A stretch of DNA of 24,000 bases from assembly GCA_035933995.1 (NCBI GenBank), contig DASYYI010000387.1:2962-26961 (forward strand), given 5' to 3'. Below the pieces are notes generated by a model. That model did no database searches, was not told the origin of the DNA, and saw only the letters and a program-made list of their open reading frames with translations. Below, piece by piece: positions 15,186-23,812 of this stretch. The stretch is from Candidatus Acidiferrales bacterium (GTDB taxonomy: Bacteria > Acidobacteriota > Terriglobia > Acidiferrales > UBA7541). Each line of letters begins with the position of its first letter. Positions within the stretch are counted from its first letter, which is position 1. A program made the translations under genes and the position numbers.

Positions 15186-15515
15186 TCAAATTGTGATGTG
15201 GTCCAAGTTGCAGCCAACAGCGGTGAGGAATCCTGCGTCCCGAGGACGCGACTGAATGCAGGCGATCTGAAGTGGTCCCTCCCAGTCGGGATTGAACACC
15301 ATCACTCGGACAACCAGCGTGCCGTCTCGGTCTTCCTCGGCGTAGACGCCCACCGAATCCCACATCTCCGTCCTGCCGTGGCGTTGTATCAGTTGTCCGA
15401 CAGATACCGAGATGGATTCAGTTCCAACGCAGAATTGGTTTTCACCCGAGGCTTTGCAAGACACGTGGAATTGCTTCTGACACTCGGACCAAGAAACCTT
15501 GGGAATGCCCGTCAT
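15186..15515 (-). CDS. hypothetical protein (109 aa)
   Basis: This is ORF 15186..15527 trimmed to ATG 15515, which has GGAG 6 nt upstream. It encodes MTGIPKVSWSECQKQFHVSCKASGENQFCVGTESISVSVGQLIQRHGRTEMWDSVGVYAEEDRDGTLVVRVMVFNPDWEGPLQIA... No family was recognised. Confidence 0.4.
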   Translation of the reverse strand: MTGIPKVSWSECQKQFHVSCKASGENQFCVGTESISVSVGQLIQRHGRTEMWDSVGVYAEEDRDGTLVVRVMVFNPDWEGPLQIACIQSRPRDAGFLTAVGCNLDHITI

Positions 15516-15578
15516 ATGTGACTCCATCTTTCAGGGTCAATTATACAACGAGCGCTCGTTGTTTAGCAATTGGGGTTT

Positions 15579-15731
15579 TCAGCGGGATTTCTTGGACTTG
15601 GGAGGCCGACCGCCCTTGCGCTTTTTCCGTCTGGCTTGCAACTGCCTGAAGTATTCAGGGCCGCGCTTGGCGATCTCCTTGCCACCCTTCCGTCCAAGCT
15701 TGACGGCGGCGGGATCTTTCGTCTTTGCCAA
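15579..15731 (-). CDS. small basic protein (50 aa), KGG-type motif
   Basis: Found by hand because it is below the ORF-track size cutoff. It has a TTG start directly after an in-frame TGA. It encodes LAKTKDPAAVKLGRKGGKEIAKRGPEYFRQLQARRKKRKGGRPPKSKKSR. It resembles small lysine/arginine-rich proteins with AA..LGRKGG that I recall from plasmids and stress loci. Confidence 0.35.
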   Translation of the reverse strand: MAKTKDPAAVKLGRKGGKEIAKRGPEYFRQLQARRKKRKGGRPPKSKKSR

Positions 15732-15856
15732 AATTCAGAAGAAGTAGCTTCCACTCCCAACCGTATTATGCACGACAAACAACTCCCAACCAAAGTTAAC
15801 TGGTGTAATGCTTGCCTATGTAATGAGGGCCAGCTAATCCTTCTCACCCGAGTTCA

Positions 15857-16585
15857 TTAAACCTCAGTGCGTTCCAATACCAGCTGCGCGATGAACGGAC
15901 ATGCCAACGCCACTAACAACCAACCCACCAAGGGCCAAAAGTGTGGCAAGTTCGAGGCGAGCTCTGGGTGCAAGATCAAGTCACTCATTCCCATTGAGTA
16001 CATGTCTGCCGGTGATGGCAAATGAATCTGCCAAAAGTGTGCCACCGTCGAACAAATTATCGGAAAGACAATCACTACGCCCAGGCTGCTCAGGAATCCA
16101 TTGCGTCCATTCTTATGCAATACGCCCAATAGATAGGTCACGCCGAACAGCAAGAAGGTCATAATGAGTCCCGGCGCGAATGCCAGCAGCAAACGCCCTG
16201 TAACCGGCACATGGCATCGCCATGACAGGATCGATGCGCCGACTAACACCATACTTGCCGTTAGCGCCAGAAACTGTACGGCGTTCGCCGTCCAAGCGGT
16301 CCAGACAAAGTAACGAATCGACCGTGGCTTGGTCAGCAAAAAACTTGCTGTTTTGTGGGCGAACTCTTCACCAATCCCGGTGGCTCCGAACGAAATCCCA
16401 GCGAGAGAGAGCAACGTGCTGGAAGCGAACACGAGCATCATCCAAGCGGCCGCGAAAGTTTCCTTCGGGGGCGCACCGCTCATAGTGAAATCCATCATTA
16501 GGAACGCCGCCAAGGTAACGGCAATGAATAGAAAAACATAAAAACTGACACGCGTGTCCCGCCAGCATTTCCAGAAGTACATCAC
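15857..16585 (-). CDS. ABC-2-type transporter permease (multi-pass membrane protein)
   Basis: 242-aa ORF with about 6 hydrophobic segments. Its start overlaps the stop of the upstream ABC ATPase gene (GTGATG). Confidence 0.75.
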   Translation of the reverse strand: MMYFWKCWRDTRVSFYVFLFIAVTLAAFLMMDFTMSGAPPKETFAAAWMMLVFASSTLLSLAGISFGATGIGEEFAHKTASFLLTKPRSIRYFVWTAWTANAVQFLALTASMVLVGASILSWRCHVPVTGRLLLAFAPGLIMTFLLFGVTYLLGVLHKNGRNGFLSSLGVVIVFPIICSTVAHFWQIHLPSPADMYSMGMSDLILHPELASNLPHFWPLVGWLLVALACPFIAQLVLERTEV

Positions 16586-17463
16586 TGCTCCTTTCCAATG
16601 ACCTGTAGGAAGATTTCGCGCAGACCTAGCGTAGTAACACTCGTAACCGTTGCACCGTTCCGCGACAGTTCAGCGGCAAAGCCTTCGGCATCTTTTGTCA
16701 CAACGTATCGATAGAAGTTTTCCTCAACATCAACGGATAACACCTGCGGCGACGTTTGTGCCGGAAGAGATCTGCCCGCGGCGGTGATCAGGCGGAATTC
16801 GCTCTTGATGTCATCTAATCGACCCTCCATCAAAAGCCTGCCGTGATCGATGAACCCAGCATATTCCACGATGTGCTCCACTTCCTCAAGTTGGTGGGAG
16901 GAGAGGAAAATTGTGCACCCTCGGTCGAGGGCATCCTCGGCCAGCACATGGATCAGCTGGTCCACCGTAATCGGGTCCAAAGCGGTTGTCGGCTCATCCA
17001 AAATCAGTAAATCCGCGCCTTGACAAAGCGCCAGCAATAGCCAAACCTTGGTTTGGTTGCCGTTGGAGAGCGCTTCAAAGCGTTGTTTCATCGGGATTTC
17101 AAATAGCCGCGCATATTTCTCTACCGCGCTGTCCAACCACGTTGGATAAAAGCCGCGACTAAATCGCACCAGTTCGGATGGCGTCATCGCGGGATACAGA
17201 GTCTTTTTCTCGCTGACATACGCGGTGCGTTGCAAAATGGCAGTGTGTTCGCTGAGTGCGTCCATGCCCAACACGCGCGCCGAACCGGACGTGGGGCGTA
17301 CAAGTCCGAGCAGCATTTTGGTCGTGGTTGTTTTGCCCGCTCCGTTGCGGCCGAGAAATCCATAGATCGATCCGCGCGGCACGGCTAGGTTGATTCCACT
17401 GACGGCGCGGACGCCGCCGTATGTCTTCGCGAGGTCCTTAGTATCAATGGCAAGTTCGTTCAT
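16582..17463 (-). CDS. ABC transporter ATP-binding protein
   Basis: 293-aa ORF. Motifs: Walker A GRNGAGKTTT, signature-like LSNGNQTKV, Walker B LLILDEPTTALD and H-loop FLSSHQL. It overlaps the GntR gene by ATGA. Confidence 0.92.
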   Translation of the reverse strand: MNELAIDTKDLAKTYGGVRAVSGINLAVPRGSIYGFLGRNGAGKTTTTKMLLGLVRPTSGSARVLGMDALSEHTAILQRTAYVSEKKTLYPAMTPSELVRFSRGFYPTWLDSAVEKYARLFEIPMKQRFEALSNGNQTKVWLLLALCQGADLLILDEPTTALDPITVDQLIHVLAEDALDRGCTIFLSSHQLEEVEHIVEYAGFIDHGRLLMEGRLDDIKSEFRLITAAGRSLPAQTSPQVLSVDVEENFYRYVVTKDAEGFAAELSRNGATVTSVTTLGLREIFLQVIGKEQ

Positions 17464-17858
17464 TTATTGTCTCCTACGCGTTCTACTAATTTGTCCAATT
17501 CCTCTTGCACGATTTTCAGAATGTCCTCGTCCGTAAGGCGGAGTTGGACGCCTTCGACGGCGATCTGCTTAGCGTATGGCTGCAGACGGCGCAATTTCTC
17601 CGATTTCAGAAAGCGCGGGACATTTGCGGCAACGTATGTGCCGCCGCCCGGAATGGTGGTAATGACGCCATCGCGCTCCAGATTCTGATACGCGCGTGCG
17701 GTGGTAGTGGCATTAATCCCCAGTTCGGCGGCCAGCTTGCGCACCGAGGGCAATGCATGGCCTTCTTTCACCGCGCCCGCGGCAATCGCATTCTTCACTT
17801 GAATTTCGATCTGCGCATAAATTGGCACGCCCGAGGACGGATTTACGTGAAAGAGCAT
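17460..17858 (-). CDS. GntR-family transcriptional regulator, YtrA-like subfamily
   Basis: 132-aa ORF encoding VPIYAQIEIQVKNAIAAGAVKEGHALPSVRKLAAELGINATTTARAYQNLERDGVITTIPGGGTYV. It has a winged HTH and a short C-terminal domain. The GntR-ABC ATPase-permease operon organisation is classical for YtrA-type regulators. Confidence 0.9.
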   Translation of the reverse strand: MLFHVNPSSGVPIYAQIEIQVKNAIAAGAVKEGHALPSVRKLAAELGINATTTARAYQNLERDGVITTIPGGGTYVAANVPRFLKSEKLRRLQPYAKQIAVEGVQLRLTDEDILKIVQEELDKLVERVGDNK

Positions 17859-17859
17859 T

Positions 17860-17893
17860 CTGTATGATTACAGCCATACAGTATACATGTCAA
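17860..17893 (-). promoter_or_regulatory. sigma70-like promoter with overlapping inverted repeat; implies a leaderless GntR mRNA
   Basis: The minus strand reads TTGACA (17893-17888), a 17-nt spacer, TAATCA (17870-17865), tacaga, then ATG (17858). The start codon therefore begins 7 nt after the -10 box, and there is no room for an SD. The inverted repeat CTGTATG-N8-CATACAG (17860-17881) overlaps the -10 box and start site and is a plausible YtrA operator. Confidence 0.4.
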
Positions 17894-18314
17894 GTGAGGA
17901 ATACCTCAGCGGTAACGGGCGACAGAATAGCGGGAAACTATGGTCACGGCCGCGCCTAAGCACTGTAGGAATACCGCAAGAAGACTCCAAAGGCCACTAG
18001 AACCGCGCTTCACATCTGTTGCACCCACCCTATAGCCGATTACTTCCGCTCCATCGATTTGTGCCCCACCCAAAATCGGGTTTCGTCGCGTTACTCGCAG
18101 CCTCTTGCCCTTCCTGCTTAAAACCTGCGCCTGGACCGCCCGCTTGTGCTGTGCAAGGGTCTCCGCTTCGCTCCGATAAACGCCAACACCGCGCCCTTGA
18201 CAGCGCGGACGGCCAGGCGCTTTCCCCCCGCCAGGAAGGGCATTTGCTTTTAATGCGCCGCCCTCTGGCGTCGCCTCGAAAGCAAAAATCAAAACACGAA
18301 AGGAGTTTTTTCCA

Positions 18315-18605
18315 ATGCACCAAACCACGAAACAACCGCTTTTTCCGCTTGGCCAAATCGTCGCCACACCCGGCGCTCTGGCCGCTCTCGAAAAGGCAGG
18401 ACAGCAACCGCACGAATTCCTCTCACGCCACGTTCACGGCGAGTGGGGAAACGTGCCCGACGAAGACCGCAGGGAAAACCAATTCAGTCTCGAACGCGGA
18501 TTCCGGCTATTGAGCAGTTATCGCACCGCCGCGAACGAGACCGTCTGGGTTATCACCGAGGCCGACCGCTCTGTAACCACCCTCTTGTTGCCCGAAGAGT
18601 ATTAA
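18315..18605 (+). CDS. conserved small protein of a plasmid/ICE-associated family (function unknown)
   Basis: 96-aa ORF preceded by AAAGGAG. The sequence ..ATPGALAALEKAGQQPHEFLSRHVHGEWGNVPDEDRRENQFSLERGFRLLSSYRT..VWVITEADRSVTTLLLPEEY matches a widespread small-protein family. I recall that family's signature (..GDWG....D...N......G.R..S.Y.......W.ITEADRS.TT.LLPEEY) next to ParB-like genes on mobile elements. Confidence 0.75.
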   Translation: MHQTTKQPLFPLGQIVATPGALAALEKAGQQPHEFLSRHVHGEWGNVPDEDRRENQFSLERGFRLLSSYRTAANETVWVITEADRSVTTLLLPEEY

Positions 18606-18639
18606 ACCGAAAACAAATTAAAAAAAGGAGACGAATGAA

Positions 18640-20316
18640 ATGAACGCAGCAACCGCAGTCAGTACGACCAATGCAGCACCGCCTGTGGAGGTAAGCGTCC
18701 GAGAAATTCCACTGAGTAAAATCTCGGAATCCAAAACCAATCCTCGCCGCCAGTTTGACGAAACCAAGCTCGCCGAACTCGCCGACAACATCAGGCAATA
18801 CGGTGTGCTCCAAGCCATCCTCGTGCGGCCTATCGGCGAGGCAGGCAGTTTCGAAGTCGTGGCAGGAACGCGCCGGTACCGCGCATCGAAGCTCGCTGAA
18901 CGAGACACCATTCCCGCTACTGTCCGCGAACTGACCGACGCGCAGTGCCTCGAATTGCAGTTGATTGAGAACCTCCAGCGGTCTGACGTTCACGAACTGG
19001 ACGAAGCGCAAGGGTATGCCGTGCTCATGCAACTGCAACCGGAGAACTACACCGTCGAAACCATCGCCACAAAGGTGGGACGGTCTGAGGCTTATGTGTA
19101 TGCCCGGCTCCGGCTTCTGCATCTCATTCCCGAAGCGAGGCAGGCGTTCTACGAAGCTAAGCTCACTGTGGCGCATGCCTTCGAAATGGCTCGCTTGCAA
19201 CCGAATGACCAGCAACGCGCTTTGCAGGAATGCTTCCCGCAGCATCGCAGTGCCGCCGCCATCTTGAAGGATAGAAAAGCGGAAGCTGTGACTGTGCGGG
19301 AGCTACGGCAGTGGATTGAGCGGGAAATCCATCTCGACCTGACCAACACACCGTTCGATCCGCAGGATGAAAATCTTCTGCCATCAGCGGGAGCGTGCGC
19401 CCGCTGCCCGAAGCGCACGGGGAGCAATCCGTTGCTTTTCCCCGAAGTGCGGCAGAAATCCATCTGTACCGACCGCGAATGCTACCGCGCAAAGGTGGAA
19501 GCCTTTGTGCAATTTCGCGTGAAGCCGCTTGAGGAAAAGGGCGAGAAACCTCTGCGCGTCTCGCAGGCTCCGTCATGGCAGACGAACGGACATGCGAGAA
19601 ACGTGCTCGTCGAAGGCCAGTTCCTGAGAGCGAAAAGCAAGAGCGAATGCCCGAACACAAAGCCCGCTGTGCTCATCGATGGCAAAGGGGCAGGCACAAT
19701 CTTCCACATTTGCCGCGATGAGAAGTGCCCCGTGCATTCTCGCATCACTCGTTACGAGCCGACACCGCAAGAACGCGCCCAACGCGCCAAAGAAAGATTG
19801 GCCGAAGGCGTTGAGAAGCAATCCCGCTTCCGCATCCTCGATGCGGTTCGCAAGAAGTTGCCGGACGCTCTGCCTCGTGCCGAGGTAGAGATGATTGCCC
19901 TCGACTATTTCCGTCGCTTGGGTCACGACAATCACCGCCGTTTGTGCAGGGTGTACGGATGGGAAGAGAAGAAGACCAAGACATCATGGGGCGGACAGAC
20001 TGTGGACTACGAGAAGATTGCAATGGCAGCGGTCGAAGGCATGACCACCGCCGACCTCCATCGTTTTCTCTTTGTGGCCGCTCTTGCATCCGACCTGTAT
20101 TGCCCTGGGTACAATCCGGCGCAGGCGCTCGCGAAGGACTCAAACCTTGCGCGTGCCGCAACGCGGTACAAGGTCGATTCGGCGAAAATCACCGCAGCAG
20201 TCCGAACCGAACTGACGAAAGCGAAGGCTAAGTCGCCAAACCCAAAAACTGAAAAGAAAGCAGCAAACAAACTGAAACGCAAATCCCAAACGCCAAGCCG
20301 GAACGCGCAAGGTTAG
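18640..20316 (+). CDS. large ParB/Srx-fold N-terminal domain protein (plasmid/ICE ParB-like)
   Basis: 558-aa ORF with AAGGAG 9 nt upstream. The ParB N-terminal domain reads IPLSKISESKTNPRRQFDETKLAELADNIRQYGVLQAILVRP..FEVVAGTRRYRASKLA..IPATVRELTDAQCLELQLIENLQR. It also has a Cys cluster (CARCPKRTGSNPLLF...CTDRECY) and a lysine-rich tail. Confidence 0.85.
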   Translation: MNAATAVSTTNAAPPVEVSVREIPLSKISESKTNPRRQFDETKLAELADNIRQYGVLQAILVRPIGEAGSFEVVAGTRRYRASKLAERDTIPATVRELTDAQCLELQLIENLQRSDVHELDEAQGYAVLMQLQPENYTVETIATKVGRSEAYVYARLRLLHLIPEARQAFYEAKLTVAHAFEMARLQPNDQQRALQECFPQHRSAAAILKDRKAEAVTVRELRQWIEREIHLDLTNTPFDPQDENLLPSAGACARCPKRTGSNPLLFPEVRQKSICTDRECYRAKVEAFVQFRVKPLEEKGEKPLRVSQAPSWQTNGHARNVLVEGQFLRAKSKSECPNTKPAVLIDGKGAGTIFHICRDEKCPVHSRITRYEPTPQERAQRAKERLAEGVEKQSRFRILDAVRKKLPDALPRAEVEMIALDYFRRLGHDNHRRLCRVYGWEEKKTKTSWGGQTVDYEKIAMAAVEGMTTADLHRFLFVAALASDLYCPGYNPAQALAKDSNLARAATRYKVDSAKITAAVRTELTKAKAKSPNPKTEKKAANKLKRKSQTPSRNAQG

Positions 20317-20328
20317 GCTTCGCGAATC

Positions 20329-20359
20329 AGGGGGGCCGCGCTGCCAGCACGGCCCCTCT
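20329..20359. terminator. GC-rich hairpin between convergent genes (candidate bidirectional terminator)
   Basis: GGGGCCG cgctgccagca CGGCCCC (20332-20356) is extendable to AGGGGGGCCG / CGGCCCCTCT with one mismatch. It is followed by only a weak T-tract (TCTT). It lies between the ParB-like stop (20316) and the permease stop (20409). Confidence 0.35.
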
Positions 20360-20408
20360 TACGCTGCCACTCTAATAGCGTCATGCCGAAACACGATTGT
20401 ACAGACCT

Positions 20409-23036
20409 TCATTCATAGCGGAGGGCGACCAATGGATCAACGCGCATGGCGCGCCGCGCGGGAATGTAGCCCGCCGCGAGCGCGACGAGCACGAGCAAAA
20501 CTGCGGCGGCGATGAACGTCAGCGGGTCGATGGCGCTGATGCCGAACAGCAGGCTGCGCATCAATTGGGCGAGCGTCAGCGCTCCGGCGATGCCGATGCA
20601 TACGCCGATGAAAACCACCTTCGCGCCGCCGCCGAGAATGAGATGAAGCACGTCGTCCCGCTGTGCGCCCAGCGCCATGCGAACACCAATTTCGTGAGTG
20701 CGCTGCGTGACGATATAAACCATGACGCTGTAAAGGCCAACCGCAGCCAAAACAAGAGCCAGCGCCGCAAAAAGAGCCAGCAAGCTGGCAGCAAATCGCT
20801 GCTGCGCGACCGATTCGGCGACGCGCTCACTCATCGTTTTCACTCCGTAGACCGCCTCGCTGGAATCGAGCATCTCCACTTGCGCGCGCAACGCACCGGC
20901 GAGCGGCCTCGGGTCCGAAGCGGTGCGCACTACGAGAGTCATGCCATACAAAGGGAAATAAATCGTCCCGTTCGATTTGGTGACGAGAGTGTCGCTGCGC
21001 ACCGTGCCAACCACGCCGACAATCGTCGCCCATGGACCCTTGTTATCCCACCCGAGTTGTTTGCCGACGGCATCTTTGCCGGGCCAGAAACGCTTCGCGA
21101 GGGCTTCGTCAATCATCACGACAGAGCCTTTCTGTATTTCTTCTCCTCCGGTCAGCATCTCCGCTTCTCTGTACACATGCCCGCGCAGCAGCGGAATGCC
21201 CATTGCCGCAAAATAATCCGGCGAGGCCGCCACATTGTCAGCGTGCGGCTGAGGAGCATTTGGACCCGGACGATAATCACGGATCGCAAAAACCGAATTG
21301 CCCGGCTGCATGAGCGGAGGATCATCGGCGAGTGCGGCGTGGAGCACGACTGGCATCGCCGAGACGCGGTCGAGCAAAGCCCGCGAGAATGCCGCAGCGT
21401 GCGCGGCGTCGGACTGCTTCGAAGGCGAGATGCGCATGGTCATCACGTTTGTGGGATCGAATCCCGGATTCACGTCGAGGAGCTTGGCGAAGCTTCGCAG
21501 CAGCAGGCCAGAGCCGACCAATAGGATGAAAGTGAGCGCTACTTCGGAGAGGATGAGAGCGCGGCGAAGCCCCTGGCGGCCGCCAGAGGAACCGTCGGCG
21601 CGCCCATTTTCCTTCAGCGCATCGTTGAGATCGAGTTTGCTTGCCCGCATTGCTGGCGCGAGGCCGAAGAAAATTCCCGCCAGCATCGAAACGGCGAACG
21701 TAAAGCCGAGAACAGCGGGATCAAGACGAATTGTGTTCGCGTGGGGAAGGCTGGCTGGCGCGAAGCGAATCAGCGCCGTAATTCCCCACCAAGCCAGCAG
21801 AAGACCGAGCGCACCGCCGGTAAGGGAGAGTAAGACACTCTCGGTGAGGAGTTGCGCGATGATGCGCCGGCGGCCCGCGCCGATGGCCGCTCGAATGGCC
21901 ATTTCTCGCGAACGGACGCTGCCGCGCGCGAGGAGCAAGTTGGCAATGTTAGCGCATGCAATCAGCAGCACAAGAAGAACTGCACCCAGCAGCAGGTACA
22001 AAGGCTGCCGAACATTGCCGACCAGTTCGTCCATGAGCGGGCGCACCTCAATGCGAAAATCACTCAGAACGCCAGCGTGCTCCTTGTCAACATTCGCCCG
22101 GATGTGCGCAGCATCGGCAGACATCACAGCCCGGGCTTGTCCGAGCGTGACTCCGGAACGCAGGCGCGCCAGCATCGTGCAGACGATCGACCATCGCTCA
22201 TCTTCGGTGAATGCTTTCGGCGTAAACGCCATGGGAACCCACAATTGGATATTCGGGTAGAGGATTTCAAGCTTCTCTGGCAAAACGCCAATCACTTCGT
22301 AGCTTTCCCCGTCGAGCTGCACACGCTTTCCGATGGCGTTGCGGGCGCCTCCAAAAATACCTTTCCATAATCCTTCGCTTAAAAGGACGACGTGGCCGTT
22401 GCCGTAGGTGTCTTCAGCAGCGGTGAATGTGCGGCCAAGAATTGGGCGAATGCCAAGAAGCGGGAAAAGGGTCGCGCTGGCACGCATAGCGAGCAAGCGC
22501 TGCGGCTGGCCCGCGCCGGTCAAATTGAGATTCTTTTCGATAAGCAAGGCCGTGGATGCGAAGATATTCGTGTGCGCGCTGTAGTCACGGAATTGCAACG
22601 GTGAAATGCCCGCGCGCGGCAAGTTGAGATTCGGCAATTGGTCGTGCAGAACAACGACACGTCCCGGATCGCAAATCGGGAGCGGCTGCAGCAGCACGCC
22701 ATAAACCACGGAAAAGATGGCGGTGTTTGCGCCGATGCCGAGAGCGAGTGTGAGGATGGCGACGGCGGTGAAGCCTGGAGATTTGCGCAACATACGGAGA
22801 GCGAAGCGAATGTCAGCAAAAAAACTTTCGATGGAGGGCCATTGCCAGACTTCGCGGCCGCGCTCTTCAAGCAGCGTGACGTTGCCGAATTCGCGGCGAG
22901 CGGCTTGCGCGGCTTCCTCGCGGGACATACCGCCAGCGATCAGCTCGTCAATTTTCTCGTTGAGATGCTCTTCGATTTCGGCCGAGAGATCGCCATAAAG
23001 ACGGCGGCGCGAGAACAATCGGCTGATCCAGTTCAT
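20409..23036 (-). CDS. duplicated MacB/FtsX-type ABC permease (ADOP family)
   Basis: 875-aa ORF. The N-terminal prefix MNWISRLFSRRRLYGDLSAEIEEHLNEKIDELIAGGMSREEAAQAARREFGNVTLLEE..IRFALRMLRKSPGFTAVAILTLALGIGANTAIFSVV is the hallmark of Acidobacterial duplicated orphan permeases. It has two MacB-periplasmic/FtsX modules. It overlaps the upstream PadR gene by ATGA. Confidence 0.9.
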   Translation of the reverse strand: MNWISRLFSRRRLYGDLSAEIEEHLNEKIDELIAGGMSREEAAQAARREFGNVTLLEERGREVWQWPSIESFFADIRFALRMLRKSPGFTAVAILTLALGIGANTAIFSVVYGVLLQPLPICDPGRVVVLHDQLPNLNLPRAGISPLQFRDYSAHTNIFASTALLIEKNLNLTGAGQPQRLLAMRASATLFPLLGIRPILGRTFTAAEDTYGNGHVVLLSEGLWKGIFGGARNAIGKRVQLDGESYEVIGVLPEKLEILYPNIQLWVPMAFTPKAFTEDERWSIVCTMLARLRSGVTLGQARAVMSADAAHIRANVDKEHAGVLSDFRIEVRPLMDELVGNVRQPLYLLLGAVLLVLLIACANIANLLLARGSVRSREMAIRAAIGAGRRRIIAQLLTESVLLSLTGGALGLLLAWWGITALIRFAPASLPHANTIRLDPAVLGFTFAVSMLAGIFFGLAPAMRASKLDLNDALKENGRADGSSGGRQGLRRALILSEVALTFILLVGSGLLLRSFAKLLDVNPGFDPTNVMTMRISPSKQSDAAHAAAFSRALLDRVSAMPVVLHAALADDPPLMQPGNSVFAIRDYRPGPNAPQPHADNVAASPDYFAAMGIPLLRGHVYREAEMLTGGEEIQKGSVVMIDEALAKRFWPGKDAVGKQLGWDNKGPWATIVGVVGTVRSDTLVTKSNGTIYFPLYGMTLVVRTASDPRPLAGALRAQVEMLDSSEAVYGVKTMSERVAESVAQQRFAASLLALFAALALVLAAVGLYSVMVYIVTQRTHEIGVRMALGAQRDDVLHLILGGGAKVVFIGVCIGIAGALTLAQLMRSLLFGISAIDPLTFIAAAVLLVLVALAAGYIPARRAMRVDPLVALRYE

Positions 23037-23374
23037 GACTTCACCGGTGCGAGGACGCGCGTGATTCCTTCCAGCATTTGTTCATAACTCGAAACCTGGT
23101 GATCGAGATGCTTTGCGCCAGCGGCCGTCAACTTGTAAATGCGGACGCGGCGATTGGTCGAAGAGACGCCCCACTCGGCTTTGACGCAGCCTTCCTTGAG
23201 CAGGCGCTGGAGAGCAGGATAGAGTGAGCCTTCTTCAATTTGAAGCAGGTCATCGGAAGCCCGCCTGATGTGCTGGACGAGAGCGTAACCGTGTAGAGGC
23301 TGGCGCTTCAGGGTACGGAGAATCATCATTTCGAGCGCGCCGGGGAAAAGGTCGCGGGGTTGCGGCTTGCTCAT
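23033..23374 (-). CDS. PadR-family transcriptional regulator
   Basis: 113-aa ORF encoding LEMMILRTLKRQPLHGYALVQHIRRASDDLLQIEEGSLYPALQRLLKEGCVKAEWGVSSTNRRVRIYKLTAAGAKHL, a PadR winged HTH. AAAGGAG lies 5 nt upstream of the ATG. Confidence 0.9.
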   Translation of the reverse strand: MSKPQPRDLFPGALEMMILRTLKRQPLHGYALVQHIRRASDDLLQIEEGSLYPALQRLLKEGCVKAEWGVSSTNRRVRIYKLTAAGAKHLDHQVSSYEQMLEGITRVLAPVKS

Positions 23375-23411
23375 GCGGGCTCCTTTGCGACTCCGGTGGC
23401 GAAGGTAATTC

Positions 23412-23456
23412 GCTCTAGGCCTAGAGCAAAATAGTATTAGTCACGGCGAATGTCAA
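23412..23456 (-). promoter_or_regulatory. sigma70-like promoter of the PadR operon with an adjacent perfect 16-bp palindrome (candidate PadR operator)
   Basis: The minus strand reads TTGACA (23456-23451), a 17-nt spacer, TATTTT (23433-23428), then immediately GCTCTAGGCCTAGAGC (23427-23412). This places the palindrome about 38 nt upstream of the ATG. Confidence 0.45.
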
Positions 23457-23812
23457 GCTCCTAAAAATGGGAACGCACGTGGCCATCATCCGTGGACGCG
23501 CGTATCGAGATGCTACCGCGTGACATCCTTCGGAAAACTCACCTCTCGACTATTTCTTCTCGCTTGTTGCCGCCCCTAATGTGCTCCTCATCCCGATTAT
23601 TACTGAGTGCGGTGCATCGCCTTTTTCCGCCGTGCATTTTCTTGGGCACGGCTTCGGGCTAATTCCTGCGCCCGGCAGCTTCGCGTCTTCTGCTTTCACG
23701 GTTCCCCCGGAATGCATCGGTTCCTCCCATAAAGCAGCCGCTCGCTTTGGGAGCAGAAGCCTCTCGCTTATCGGGTGCCTCAAGAAAATGAGGCGGAAAA
23801 AGGAGAAAAAAA

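Noticed and set aside
17906-18513. ORFs of 153 aa (minus), 164 aa (plus) and 127 aa (minus) in the roughly 450-bp gap between the GntR promoter and the small plasmid-type gene
   Set aside because: They mutually overlap in three frames, have no recognisable motifs or RBS, and have Pro/Arg/Gly-rich composition. The region was treated as non-coding. An oriT or a regulatory function cannot be assessed by eye.
20397-22260. Long plus-strand ORFs (375 aa at 20397-21524; 320 aa at 21298-22260) antisense to the permease gene
   Set aside because: Their composition is Arg/Ala/Ser-rich and typical of shadow frames in high-GC DNA. The minus-strand 875-aa ORF has clear family signatures and accounts for the region.
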